A program made the position numbers and the translations under genes. The notes beneath the pieces are model-generated. The model saw only the letters and a program-made list of their open reading frames with translations, had not been told where the DNA came from and did not search any database. This document shows, piece after piece, positions 1-18,399 of a stretch of DNA of 64,000 nucleotides. Source of the stretch: the human T2T-CHM13v2.0 reference genome, Homo sapiens; assembly GCF_009914755.1 (NCBI RefSeq), contig NC_060930.1; one strand, written 5' to 3'. Every line of letters begins with the position of its first letter. Within the stretch, counting starts at the first letter, position 1.

Positions 1-99
1 AAGGTGAACATAAATAATAGGTGTCACTTTGGAGACAACACATAAAGCGTATGGTCTATCACACTGACACATTCTTTTCCCTGCTCATGTAGCTAAAAG

Positions 100-296
100 A
101 GAGGTAATTCAAGATGGCAGATCACAAAGTGGAAGAAGCCCAATTCTTGCACTCTTTCAGTAGGAGTGCTACCCAGAAGAGTCAACTAACTCAGTATTGA
201 CTTTCAGTGAACAGAAAAAGAACTCTTCTAGTTTGTTAAGCTTTTAAACTTGTAGTTTTATGCATCACCAAGCATTAGTTATTTTGACTAGTAAAA
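100..296 (+). mobile_element. Old MaLR (MLT1-type) LTR, 3' fragment
   Basis: Degenerate MLT1 3' motif ending ...tttgttaagc...ttattttgactagta. Confidence 0.45.
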
Positions 297-509
297 TTAG
301 TAAGGAAACCTAAGCCTGCCGAAAATCATAAGAGTATCTAAGGTTCCAACATAATCAGAAATCAGAAACATATTTGATATTCTGACTCTTTCTTCAGGAG
401 TCTTTCCAATATAATGATAACCTGCCAGTAAAACTGTCATATAATTTATTATTTAAACTGTAATTCAAAGAGATACTACCAAAAACTTATGGTATAAAAC
501 AAAGACAGT

Positions 510-4050
<3,541 letters not shown>

Positions 4051-4919
4051 ACCAGAGGTGATAAAATAATTAAAATGAGATAATTATTGAAATTTGTTTA
4101 TTTTATTTATTTAATGACAGGCCAGTTTATTAGACAGTATTGATATTTTTAGAGGTTAATTTCAAAAAACATTTCTAAAATAATAAGAACTTATCATGTA
4201 TTAAAACAAACAAATTAAAGCTTCTTTTATTTGATTATTGGAACTTTAAGAAAATAGCACAGCAGAATAGATATTATTATTATATTTTCACATATTTTAT
4301 TCAGTTACTCAGCCATTTGCAACCTTTCTTTCAGTAATTGAAATTTTTTAAAAACTTGAAAAGTTGGAGTTTGAACATTTTAATTGCTGATTACAGATTT
4401 TTAAGTGAGTTTTGAACAATGATCAAATTTTTCAAAGCACTGAAGACACTGGTACTGTATTTAATTTTGTAACATTTTCAAAGCAGTTATTCAAAGTTTC
4501 AATTATTTTAAAAAATCATATTCGTGGCAGGTAGCAAACAGAGAAATTTTTGGAATGTTCTTCTGCTAATGGAATCAAAGAATTAAAGCTATTACTTCCC
4601 ATGATATGCATGTACAAAAATGCTTGGAATAAAAAATATGTGAAATTAGTTAAGGGAAACAGTTATTTTATCTGAATTAAAAATAAAGATTCAAATAGTG
4701 ATATGAAATACAACTTTTATCACTTCCTTTTTAAATTATTGTAAAGCTCTGGCTACATATACATATACGTGTATATATATATATAGTGAATCAGGGTCTT
4801 CTGGTTATTATGTGATAAGAGCTATTACTAAGCCTCCACGTAGAATGTTATTAAGTTACTTTGAAAGAAATCATTATATGAAGTCATTACTTCTAAAACT
4901 CTGATTAAAACTAATCATT

Positions 4920-7820
4920 TTAAAAGGTAACTAGAATTCCTGTTTTTTATTGTGGTGTTCTAGCTCGTATCAGACCTTTCTGTGAATAACAAGAAAATAT
5001 ATATAAAACTATTGCAAATTAAATTCTATTTGAGCATCACCAAGACCTCAAGATTTTGAGGGGTCAAGATTACAAAGCAAAGTTTAAGAGTGATACTGAG
5101 ATTCAGAGCCATTATTTCTCTTGAGATGTTTGCCAAATTTTAAACAACTGCAACCTAAAGGCTAAAAGTGAACTGTTGAATAAATCTAGTAGCAGAGGAT
5201 TTAAGTGGCAGCAGAGCCATACAGCAATCAGAGGTCAGGAGGCTGAGAGGTGAGCCATTTTATAGGAATTTGGAGTTGAATTTTCAGAATTGAGCCAATC
5301 GTAGTAAAAAGAATCTTATAAACACCATAGGTTTTCAATAGAAACAGGTTGAGTCTAGAACTAGATCCACCATTACAAAGTCTGAAGACTTGTCACAAAT
5401 TACCACAGTCTCAAACTGGTTGGATGTGAGATTTTCCAAGTCTAACAACTTTCCATTTACAAAAGAATTCTTGGTAGCAAAACAGAACATCTAGATTCTC
5501 AAAATATTCCTACAGACTTTCAAACACTATACCCAGCATTTAATTAAAGTTATCTAGCATACAAAAATGACTAAATGCAAAACATTAAGTAACATTGAGA
5601 ACGCAGGAAAATGAAATACAGATCTTGATATTAATCAAACATGGAATTTAAATCAATATGCTCAAGAGATGGAAATCAAGATAGATAATTTCAGCAGAAA
5701 ATTTGAATGTCTAAAAGAGAAATCAAATATAATGTATGGAACCAACAAATATAATAATTGTAACTGAGAACTCAATAGTTAAGTTTAATATCAGATTAAA
5801 TAATTGAAGGAATGATTTGTGAACTGGAATATAGGTCAGTATAATTGAAGAAATGATTTGTGAACTGGAATATAAGTCAGTAGAAAATGATGAGCCATAG
5901 TAAAAAGAAAGAAAAAGAATGAAAAATATGGAAAAAAGCATAAGAGATACATGATACATATTTTAAATGGCTATTGATGGCAGTGGAAGCCAGTCTGGAG
6001 TGGTCACTGCAACGAAGGGATTATGTGCTCCATGAAGCCGGCAGGGGCCGGAAACAGGTGAGATCCCTGCCCACTGCTGAGTTAAAGTGGTGGGAGCCCT
6101 GCCCTTCCAGGGTGCAGCCTCTCAGCAATGGCTCCGAACCCGGGCATCCCTGTGCTCTCCAGGGCCCAGGATGTTTCCCTTCACCTACAGGCACAGAAGT
6201 TCCTGCTCCCCCTCCCTAGACTCTTCCCTCTCCTGGCACCCACTTCTATTTCAAAGCAAAGTTGTGGCCAAGCCTGGGTGCTGCCGCAACCTGGCTGGGT
6301 GTGCACGTGCTTGGGGAAGTGCTGACATACTAGCCGCGGCCTCCTCAGCCCCTTCTGGACTTTAGGCGCCAGGGAGCATGGGAGGAAGGCCGGCAGGGTG
6401 GGGCGGGGGGCCCTGAAGGCAGTTCAGCAGGGGCCTGCAGACGCTCCTTGGCACGAACAGCCGGGGTGTCTGGATGACATGTTGATGGCGGGAGGCAGAC
6501 AGGTTCCTGGGTGTAAAGGGGCAGGTCCCTGGTGAAACCTCATCTTCAAGCCAAGAACAGCATGAAGCCTAGGGGCCAGACTGCCAGTGCCAGGTAGAGT
6601 TTGTAGCCCAAAGTGAGAACATATGGTGCTTTTTCTGGGTACACTTATGGCTGCCTATGGACCACTTAGCACATGTTTCCTTCTTTCTGAGCCCATACAA
6701 ACCCTGGAATCAGTCAGACTCAAGCAGATGTTGAGCCTACCAGCTGCAGGAAGGAGCTATCTGCTTTGGTCTCCTCGACTAATTGGGATGATCTGCCTGT
6801 TGGAAAGGAGCCACCCACTGTGGGTCCCCTCTCCACTGAGAGCTGGACACTCATTGGAAGGAAGCCTGTGGAAAGGAACTACCCACTGCGGACTCCTGAG
6901 AGCTGTTTTGGTGCTCAGTGAAGCTGCTCTCCACCTTGCTAACCCTCCAGTTGTCTGCCTACCTCATTCTTCCTGAACATGAGACAAGAACTTGCGACCT
7001 GCCAAATGGCGGGACTGGAAGAGCTGTAACATAAACAGGGCTGAAACAAGCCCCCCTGCTCTCCATGTTGCAGTCAATGAGAGAAGAGCTGCTGCCCTTC
7101 AGGGAGCCCGGAACTAGGATCTCCCTGAACCACGGCTGTGACACCCTCTGGGCACCACTGTGTTGCCTTCATCCAGGGGCGGATGCCTGCAGTGGAAGCT
7201 ACATGCAGTACATCTGGTCTAGCTGCAGCCTCACACAGAGCCAGCATCTGGAGCTGTCGGCCCTGCCACAGCAGCCAGCACGCCTGGCTGTGCACAGTGG
7301 GGGGACCCTTGCTCACTCACCCACACACCCCTCACCACTCCATACCTGGCTCACCCTTGGCAGGTGTGGGATCCAGGCCAATAGTGCAAACTGAGCACAG
7401 CCTGTCAGGCCAAGTGGGCAGAACGTGCCCATCAGGCACAAGCAATACTCGGGCAGAAGGCACCGCCAGCCACAAAGATTTTAGGCTGGTGACACCCCAA
7501 GGAGCCTGTGACACTATCATATACATAATTGTAATCCAAGAGTGGGAGAAAAGAAGAATAGGCAGAAGAGATATTTAAAAGTTGAAAGCTAAGAACTTTT
7601 TACAATTAGCCAAAAGTATCAAGCTACAAACTCAAGAAGTTCTACAAACAGACAACAGAGTAAACATAAAGAAAACTAGGTCTGGGCAATGTAACAAGTC
7701 TGGTAAAAATAAACAATGAACCAAAAAAATTGAAAGCAGTAAGAAAAAAAGACACATTTCCTTCAACAAAGTGACTGTATTAGACAACTGAATTCTCATC
7801 TAAGGCAATGAAAGCAAAGT
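4920..7820 (+). mobile_element. Very old L1M 5'/ORF1 region, split by the MER52 LTR
   Basis: Degenerate ORF1-like sequence that reads through across the LTR (aaagcataagagatacatg | catatacataattgtaatccaagag...gcagaagagatattt). Confidence 0.65.
5975..7513 (+). mobile_element. ERV1 solo LTR, MER52-like
   Basis: TG...CA termini (tgatggcagtgg...gcctgtgaca), exact 4-bp TSD CTAT at 5971-5974 and 7514-7517, GC-rich 1539-bp body. Confidence 0.88.
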
Positions 7821-7829
7821 ATGTTCACA

Positions 7830-8085
7830 TACTCACATAGTATTGACTCTGCTTCCATCATCACATCCCCTCTGAATTCCCTGCCTCCCTTTTCTACTTA
7901 TAAAGATCCTGCGATTATAGTAGGCCCATGTCCTTGTGATATAGTAGGCCCATATCTCAAGGGGTATTCCATATCCGTTGAGATAGGAATAATTCAGGAT
8001 AATTTCCCTATCTCAAGATTCTTAACTATCTAGCTTCAAATTGCCATTTGCCTGGAAAGGTAACACATTTCAAGAATTGCAAATA
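7830..8085 (-). mobile_element. MLT1 (MaLR) LTR fragment
   Basis: cttataaagatcctgcgattat...ataattcaggataatttccctatctcaagattcttaac matches antisense MLT1. Confidence 0.65.
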
Positions 8086-8915
8086 TGCCAACTAAAATGA
8101 CTATTCTGTGAAACATAGCAAAATTTGCTATCAGTTTTCTGAAAAGAGAAAAGTGCACAGATTGTGAGCATATAGCCCAATAAATAGTTATAATGTCATA
8201 TATGTACTGTAACTTTTGTGATAAAATTCAAATAAGACTTTATTTGTGGAGGAGACTTTTAAAATTTTCATTCGCCCTGATATCTTGTAGGAAGTTCAGG
8301 GGCTGCAATGGAAAAAGAAATGTCTTTTAGGGGTAAATAGAGGGATTGTAGAGGAAAAGATTTGAAGAGAGATATATCAATGTATTGAAAGGAACTGAAG
8401 GAAGAACTGAAAGTGGTTAAAAGGAGGAAGGAGATATGGAGGTAAAAAATCGAGGCAAGGGAAAGGGAGGAGTCCTAGATAAGCTAGTTTGGGATGATCT
8501 TAAGTTTCCCAAGAAGGCAATGATATTCCATATTATCATTAGTAAAATCATGCCAACAAGAAAGGGAGTGGATAAGTGCCACAGTGGTGGACGATATGGT
8601 CAGAGGGGTTAGAGATCGGTGATGTCAGTGCACTGAGAAACTCCCATGTTTTTAACTAATAGTGTGTCCCAAACAAAGAAGCTCAAGACTCTAAACCAGC
8701 CTCAGAGTGTATGCTCAGAAACTCTAAATCTGTTATTGCGGAGCTTCAGCAAAATATTATCCAGAGCACTGGACTGGATCCAAAGCAAGACTCACCAACA
8801 GATCCCTAATCAATTGCTAAGGAGTAAAGACAAAGGCTTCAAAGATGTGGACTTGGGGGCCTTGGTGAGAGGTCCAGGGGACAATAATGAATCTGATTCT
8901 GTATGGGAACCATGC

Positions 8916-9688
<773 letters not shown>

Positions 9689-11634
9689 GACTCAAATGGT
9701 GGCTGCTTGGCTTAACAGATTAGTGAATGAAAAATTCCAGAAAACATTGGTCAATAACTCTTTCAGATTGTTGGGGAGAGAAAAGAAAAGAAAACAAAAA
9801 GCTTTATTCAAAGCTAATCTGTCAGAATGAAATGTTCATATTACAATTGCCAAAAATAATTATTATGGCAGACAAATATGAAATATCACCCACATAATTT
9901 CTGTCAAGAAAAAGTTCCTGTCAAAGCCCCATGAAACATTACAATTAGAGAGGATACGCTTCTATCTAAGCAACTAAAACTAGGGATTGCAGCCATGGGA
10001 CTTTAAAAGGCATATTTATTAAATAACATTGACACAGAACAGTTAAAAATAGTAACAGCTACTCATTAATTAGAATATGTCATTTGGGATTTTATATTTT
10101 AACTACACTCTAATTTGAGGTATAATCTCATGCGCAGTAGAAGAGATTTTTCTCATTTCCCTGCTTTGGATTTGTTTTTTTTTCTACAGCCTCTTTTTGT
10201 CCCAAAGAAAGAAAGAGAAAGGAAAAAAGGAAGTAAGAAAGGGAAGAAGCAAATAATAGACTTATTTCAAAAGTATTAAACTTCATTAGTAATCCACAGC
10301 ATGTGGCTTTTCTCTGGCAGTCAAAATATGGGAATGTAATTATTTTAAAGACCTGCTGGAAGCAGCTGATTAGAATTGCCATTCTAATTATTTGTTTCCA
10401 TAGTCACCCCTTTTAGCTCATTCATGAAAATTGATTTCTTTTAACAGCCACTTATTATTTGTTTAAACCTACCAACTTGTACATAGTCAATCTGTTCTTT
10501 TGCAGCTTCCAGTTTCTTCAATTCGACCCAGTTACATACAGAGCATTCTGAAAGAGCTTGGACTGGTGGCAGTTGTATGACTCACCAGCAGAAATCTCCC
10601 TGTAGCTTACTTTCCTAAGTTCTACTTTCTCACATGTCTGAAAGTGGATTTGAAGAGGAAAGATCCTAATCTGGAAGCTGTCTATTCCAAAGGCTTTTAG
10701 AAATAAGTACTCCCACTTCCAGTGTCCTTAGCACTGCATTTGTAATGTCAGGTAAAGATGATCTTCATTTCATAGCTCAAAAAGCAATTGAGGGAAGACA
10801 CTCATGTAGGAAAAAATGGCTTATTTAGAGTTTTATTCTCAACAAAGAATAATAATAACAGGATTATTATTAATAATCCTAGGAACATGTATTAACTTTC
10901 AGAATTAAGAAAAAATAATAATCTGCCTACAAAACTATCAGAGAATGATGAGAAAATAATGAAAACAGAAGAAAATTGTTGACCACAAGAAAATGCAGCA
11001 TATCAAGAAGTGAAAAGAAAATTCTCCTAATTGACGACGTGAAGATAATGACAATAGCTTGCACCTGAATTCACGTCCTGTGATGCAACCATCATCCTCA
11101 TGCAATAGTTATTAAGTACACATTGTGTACAAGAATGATACTTATAGTAGGAAGGCCATCATCAAACAGAGTACCTAAGAGGAAACATGATTACTTTGGG
11201 AAGATCTTAGGTGAAGTAAAGGGACCCAGGAGTATAGTTGTTTAATGACAGGCAGGATGAACTAGGCTCCATAAGATAAGGTGTGAGGTTGGCTTCAAAA
11301 AAACAAGAATGTTGGCTTGGTTGAGGGAACCCTAGAATCTCGTGAAGATCTTGAAGATCACTTTCTAAACTAGTGACAGGCATTCCGTGACTAATTTGGC
11401 TATGCAATAAATTGACCAAATTTGTATCTATTTTATGCACTCTCCTACAGAATTGAAGATACACAGATGTGAATCTTGTACTAGGTATTAAGTAACAATG
11501 TTCTGAGAAATTTAAAACATTTACTTGGAGATACATGTTATTCAAACCAGAATCTCCTAATGCTTATTTTTGTAAATATGACACAGATATTTAGAAAAGT
11601 GAATAGCACACTTGTAACACTTTCTCATAAATAC

Positions 11635-12300
11635 TAAATGAATTAATCTACCTATTTAATAATTCAACAAATAGACTGAATTTCTCTTTGTTTCCAGGAA
11701 CCATGACAGGGTGCCACAGTTGATGCAAAGCCACGACACTTGTAATGCTGTCATTCTAGGGGAATGATAAATTCATGAGCAATTAAATTCAATATGAACA
11801 GGGCTATAACAATGAAAGAGGATGTTCTTTAGAAGCACGGGAAATGGAACAAAAATATTTTTAAGAGTGACATTTATTTTCAACAGATCATCCATTTTCA
11901 TAGCTTTATAGTTTCATTGTAATTTAATTTCATTGATTCAAGAAGTATTTATTAATATCTGGGAATTTGGCAGAGTACCTTCTGACATATTCAGACAGAC
12001 ACATTCTCTGCCCTAATAAAGCTTCCATTCTTGTGAGAAGAAACTGGCAATGAAAATGAAAGCAAATATATAAGATAAATCCAATGGTATTAATTGCTAA
12101 TTTTTTAAATGAGACAGTAAAAAAGATAATAAAAGATGGAGTGTGCTCTAGGATGGATAGGGAGAGCTTGATGAAGAGAATGAGCAATGAACTAAGAGCT
12201 GAAAGATGAGAAGAGACCTCTTCTGTGAATATTTTGGGATAGCACGAGGTAGGCAGAGGAAACAGCAAGAGAAGGGGCCATGAAGCTGAGTGAATTTGAT
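11635..12300 (-). mobile_element. L2 relics (two fragments)
   Basis: attcaacaaata / cattgattcaagaagtatttatt 3' ends; ggcagaggaaacagcaag motif. Confidence 0.55.
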
Positions 12301-15300
12301 TCACATAAAGCTAGAGTGAATTTGATTCACATAATAATGAGGTTTAGTGCCTACTCTAAGTGGAACCATTGTTAGAAAATGTTCATAACAACATAATAAA
12401 AATTAGACAAGGGACATTCGGGGTGTTTTCTACCATAGGCTACCTCTGCTTGGAAGTTTTACAAAGTTGAAGTTTCTTTGTTAGGAAAGTGGAAGAAGCA
12501 GCTCTTTAATGGGAATCTTGTTATCTTCCATTCTTTTGGCATTTTCTTATGGCAAATAAACTACACACTGCAGAGATCTTTGTGATTCTATTAATATTCC
12601 AAAATAGCTTGCTTGAGGAGCAGCAAGGTTAGTTGGCTAAAATGTCATTGTCAGGCTTCAAACACATGGATTGGGCAATGTGTACAGGTCAGAAAAAAAA
12701 ATACGGGCCTCAAGAGAAAAGCAAGAAATATCAATAGAATGTGGCAATGCCATGAGGTTGAATTCTGTAATTTTAGGTTCTGAACTTTGGTCAACATTTG
12801 GAGACGGGCATAGAGGTCATAAACTACATGAACTGCTGGAGAGATCAGCTCCCAGAAATCTGTCAGCTGTCCCATTTAATGACCTAGTTGGTAAGGATTG
12901 CTTGAGGACTGCAATACAGGTAGCTAGTTTTTTTCCATGGCTATTATAAAAGACCCCATAATGTTTATTAAAACTTATAGTGATGGGTAGGCAATGAGGG
13001 AGAAGGCATGCCCCTGGAGAATCACAGCATCCCAGGGGCTGAGTGAACAAGTGAGTGATGTGTGGCAGAGATTAGGAATTCAACTTTTCCTAGCTAATTT
13101 AGAATTTGTTCAGTAATAGGTAATAGGTAGTAGAAACTATCTAAACAAATGGGATATGTGAATATATAAGGCTACTATTATAGATGGAAATATAGGTGTA
13201 ACTAGCTAGATCATGGCCATGTAATCTTGCCACTTCCAATAAAATAAGACAATACAAAATAGAATCTAATTTATTCAAACAGATCTGCATCAATGTTGCT
13301 CCTATAAAGTGAGGGAGAGGTATTAGATATTCTTGTCATACATATTGGCTTCAAACAAAACAAAACACAACACAACAAAATGGTACATATCATAGTTAAT
13401 TGCATTAACCTATCCTCTTCATACTTCAAAGTAAGAGTTATGTAATGAAAATGTTAATGTTTCTCCTAAATATTAGGCTATATATTTGATAGCTATGTAT
13501 GCTAATAACCCAGTAAAATGTGCATTTAATGTCCTTTAGCAATCTGTCACTCATTGTTTGAGCAATATTGTTTTGGCAATTTCTGAAATTGATTTCACTA
13601 ACATTTTACTTCCTCTTAGGTTTTGTCTTGAAAAAAAATTAATACATATAAAAATATCAATTTTATGATTTTACTTGGAAAAAATAGTTTAGAAACATTT
13701 TCTAAATATATTTTGTCACTGGCAAGTTATTAATCAATGATTTGAGCCCTACTATAGAAAAATTTAAACCTAATAATTAAAAAATAAAGTTAGGCTATTA
13801 TAAACTTTCAAAAATTCTTTAGAAATGTGAAGTTTCATATTATTCTTGAAAGAAAAATATATTTTAGTTAATTATTTGGGGATTTATAGAATATGAATAT
13901 AAAAAATACAAATTATATTCTCTGCAAGATTATCCAGGAACTTTTTTGAAATGTAAGACAATCAAATTAAAGCTGGAAATATGAAAGAACATAAGCAGGA
14001 TTCAAAACATAGTTATTGGATATAGTTCAGAGATTTGTAGAGTATAACTTTAAAAAAAGAATCCAAATTATTTTGAGAAATAAATAGATTTAAGTACTAA
14101 ATATATGGGATAATATGAATAAAGAAAATCATTATAAATCACTGAGAAAATCTCAAGTATCTGGTAGAAAAAGAAATCTATTTAAAATTAGAAAGCTGAA
14201 GAAGTCTTCGTATCAAGATTGAGGTCTTGGTTTTCAGGATTGACAACAATTTCCGGCCACAGTGGGCACTGGATAAATTTCTAGACGTAAACAAAAGATG
14301 ACAGCTGTAGTAAGCATCCATAATTTATGAAAGATAACACAGGAGATTTTAAATGTGGCTACTTTGTTTTTTAATGGTCATCTTTTAATGTATCATAACT
14401 TCCTGTCTGAAGTTGATCATGTCATTAAATTCTCAAATTTCTAGTTAAGGAAAATATTTTTTTAAGAAGTGATGCAATGTTTTGTTTACATAATTTATTA
14501 GATCTGTGGTTGCATAGTCTAAGTGCAAAGTGCACTGAAAATATATATTTAAAAATTCATTAACTGAATCTACTACTTATCATCTTCTACTTTATAAAAT
14601 GCCTTTGAAAAGTAGGCATTTCCAGAATGGAAATGTGAAATTTCAAATACCTAATCAAATTAGTTATTATAATCTACTGTCACAAATGCAAATTAATTGA
14701 TACTGTTTACTAAAATGTTTTGCTCTTGTTCAGGCATTTTAATTTAACTGTGATATATTTATTATTGAAATGTCCATCCTGGTTAGTTAAAAGGTGCTAA
14801 AACTGTAATACTATTCACAATTTTCTTCTGTAGATAGTGATAGGTAAATTTTTTTCAATTTGGTTGAGTTGACAGTCAAAAACAAACAAAAAAGCAAAAT
14901 ATACACAGAATTTATGACATTGATTTGACTCCCATATTTCAAACTCAGAATGTATAAACTTTACAATAACCTTATCTTCAATATTAAAATTTGAAGATTA
15001 TGATTACAAAGAAATGTATTAAAAGAAACCAGTTAATCTACATTTTTCTGATGAATGTCATTGTTCTCATTAAAACATAATGTATTTAGTGGTAATTGCT
15101 ACCCACTGACTCTTTTTTAGCTAATTATTTTCTTTTGAAGCCATTATCATCAAATAATTTATACAAAGACTACAGAAGGGAAGCTATGACATTGCCTTGG
15201 AAGATTTGCTGCCATACTGTACCTGATTGGAAAGAGTAGGAGTTGAAATAGAGGCTGAGCTATCACCACAAATAAGATCTGAGATAAAATAATAGAAAAA

Positions 15301-17466
15301 TGTACTTGTCCTATTACTTGTGAAGTTCAAGATGACAGATTATTGTAGAATATATGACATGGATAAAACATATTCTCAGGTCAGGTCATGTTATGATGGA
15401 AAGAGCTTGATTGATTTTCCTTTCAGTAGGACAACTTTTGAATAAAAAAAAAAACTGGCCTTAACAGTAACCTCACTTGTAAGTTTAAGAGGGAGGGGAG
15501 TTGAAGAGTTTAAGAGGGAATGGTGAAGTTTTACTTTTTGGTTACCTATGAAAAGTGTTCAATAATTTGAGTACTATAATCTAGGATAAATTAAATACAT
15601 TTATTTATGATAATTAGATTCACTTTTTGAATTATGTAACTTTAAATAAGTAAAAGCATTTGAAAACAGTGCAGCTGTTTATTCAAGTTTATCTGTCCAC
15701 TTTTATAACACCTTACGAGATAAATGAATAAGCACAAGGTAATGAGCAGAGCCATATGGCTTAAGTGCATTTCCTATATGAACTTCAAGGAAGTTGAAAG
15801 ACACCTTAGACATTTTTATAGTCCAAATTAATCTTCAAAATTGCTCTTTGAAATATGTCAAAAACAATTTCTTTTCAGAAAAATTATTTACAATATTAAA
15901 TTGAGAACAGTGGATGCAATATATCAGATTCTGAAATCTCTTTTAAGTTAACAGAAAGTGTGCAAGAAGACATCCTATAGAATATCAACTATGCATCTAT
16001 AATCTAAACTAAATATTCATATTACCACTCAAGTGATTCTTTTTGGACAGCTATTGCACTGAGCCTACTGGCTTGATGGAGAGTATACATGGTGATGAAA
16101 AACATACCTCTTATATTCTTTTGAAACTAAAAACCCCCAAATTACAACTATGAGAGAAAATATTTCCAATCCCTTAACGAATATTTATGGAAAATTGATT
16201 GGGTGTTAAACAGTATTTGGTAGTTTGGGGAATGATATGATTCAAATTCATGAAATAAATATGGTAATATCTCACTTTGCAAGAAGTTTCTTCTCCAGTA
16301 ACTTCATTAAGATTGTAGCTAACCAGAAAATAAAAAGTCAGCACCTTCACTGAACTTCATATACTATAGTCAACACAAATCTAAGCATTTCTATCATTAG
16401 ACAAAACTACAACATGATTTATTAGACAGATCTTCAATTCATTGCAGATTGCAAACAGCTAACTAGATGGTGCTGTTTAGGAAAAGATTATTGTGTTAGA
16501 TACTGTTCATTCAACATATTTATTTTATGTAGAATTTATGCATGCATAAGAAAACTTTCTGGAATGTTTTAAAACTGAATGTAAAATGCATTCAGAAGTT
16601 CTAAAACTTTCTGGAATGATGGAAGTGTTCTAAATTCTAAATTAGATGGAAGTGTTCTAAATTAGTGGTTCAAAATGGATTAAATACTTAAATGTAAGAT
16701 CTGAAACTATAAAACTACTAGAAGTAAACATAGGAAAAAAACTTCGTGACACTTTTAAGGGCAATAATTATTTTGGATATGACCCAAAAAGCACAGGCAA
16801 CAGAAGTGAAAATGGGCAAATGGGATTGCATAAAAATAAAAATCTTCCGTATAGCAAAGTAAACAATTGACAGAGTGGAGAGAAAATTTACAAAACGGGA
16901 GAAAATTTTACAAACATACATGTGATAAGGGGTTAATGTCCAAAATATGTAAGGAATTCAACACAATAGCACGAAAGCAAATAACCTAATTTTTAAAAGT
17001 GGGCAAATAACCTGAGTAGACATTTTTCAAAAGAAGATATTCAAATGGCCAATATAAAATGAAAATGTATGAAAAATGCTCAGCATCACTAATCATCAGG
17101 AAAATGCACATTAAAACAACAATTAGACGTCCTCACACGTGTTAGAATGGCTATTATTACAAAGACCAAAGTTAACAAATATCTCTGGGGGTGTTAAGAA
17201 AAGTCAACCCTTGTACACTGTTGGTGGGAATAAAAATTGGTACAGTCATCATGAAAAAAAGTATAAAAGTTCCTCAAAAAATTAAAAATAGAAGTAGATG
17301 TGATCCAGCAGTGTCACTACTGAGTACATATTCAAAGAAAATAATATCAGTATGTCAAAGATATATTTAGACTTCCATGTTTATTTCAGCATTCACAACA
17401 GTTAAGATATGGAATCAACCTAAGTGTCCATCGATAGATAAATGGATAAAGAAGACGTGGTAAATA

Positions 17467-17917
17467 CAATTGTTATTGGCATACAAAAAAGATTTGTTTC
17501 AGGACCCCCTGGAATATCAAAATCTGTGGATGCTCAAGTCTCTTATATAAGAGAGTATGGTCATAGAAATGATAGATACTTGAGGTGACGGACACCCCAG
17601 TGCCCTGACTTCAACATTACACTGTCTTTGCATGTCACCAAATATCACAAGTACCCTGTATCACATGTATTAATATTATCTATCAATAAAAATGGTGTAA
17701 TATTTGCATATTACCTAGGGACATTCTCCTTTAAATTATGTGTATATTATTTATAATACCTAACATAATATAAATACTATGTAAATAGTTGTTATACTTG
17801 TTTTAATTTGTATTTTGTATTGTTTTATTGTTACTTTTAAATGCTTTTTCCTAATATTTTTGATCTGGGGTTGGTTCAATTGTGGACATGGAACCTGAAG
17901 ATACAGAAGGTTGACTG
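17467..17917 (+). mobile_element. MER2 (Tigger-family MITE) containing an L1MA 3'-end fragment
   Basis: caggaccccc...aaaatctgtggatgctcaagtc...gatacagaaggttgactg; TA on both sides (17465-17466, 17918-17919). Confidence 0.85.
17551..17691 (+). mobile_element. Short L1MA (L1MA2-4-like) 3' terminal fragment
   Basis: tgaggtgacggacacccc...aaatatcacaagtaccc...tatcaataaaa. Confidence 0.75.
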
Positions 17918-18399
17918 TATACACGATGAAATGCTATTCAGCCTTTAAAGTGGGCAAAATTTGTTATTTGTGACAACCTAGAAGATGTTATGTTAAGCAA
18001 AATACCCAGGCACAGAAAAACAAATACCTCATGATCTCATTTACATGAGAAATCTGAAAAAAATTGAACTCCCAGAAACAGAGATTAGAATGGTGGTTAC
18101 CAGGGGCTGGATAAGGTGTTGGTCTAAGGATACAAAGTTTTTGATAGATAAGAGGACTAAGTTCAAGAGATCTATTATATAACATGGTGACAATAGTTAA
18201 CACGATTTATTGTATTCTTAAAAATCATTAGCACAGTAGAATTTAAGTGTTCTTACCAGAAAAAAATGATAAGTATGTGAGGTTATGAATATATTATTTA
18301 GCTCGATTTAGCCATTCCATGATATATGCATATGTCAGACATTTTGTACATGATAAAATGTACAATTTTTTGGCAATTAAAAATAATAATAATTAAAAC

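Larger units (their letters stand above)
16669..18398 (+). mobile_element. L1MA (L1MA6-like) 3' part, interrupted by MER2
   Basis: ORF2 C-terminal motifs and 3' UTR aagttcaagagatctattatataacatggtgac...gctcgatttagccattcc, A-rich tail. Confidence 0.9.

Noticed and set aside
5974-7578. Cluster of overlapping 60-146 aa ORFs
   Set aside because: Expected in a GC-rich LTR; no recognisable protein motif.
10860-10880. Perfect 21-bp palindrome aggattatta-t-taataatcct
   Set aside because: Short and AT-rich; plausible by chance or local fold-back, with no further context.
14238-14309. Possible + strand micro-exon (ttttcag ... gtaagc)
   Set aside because: Weak donor, stop in the best frame, no partner exons or recognisable peptide.
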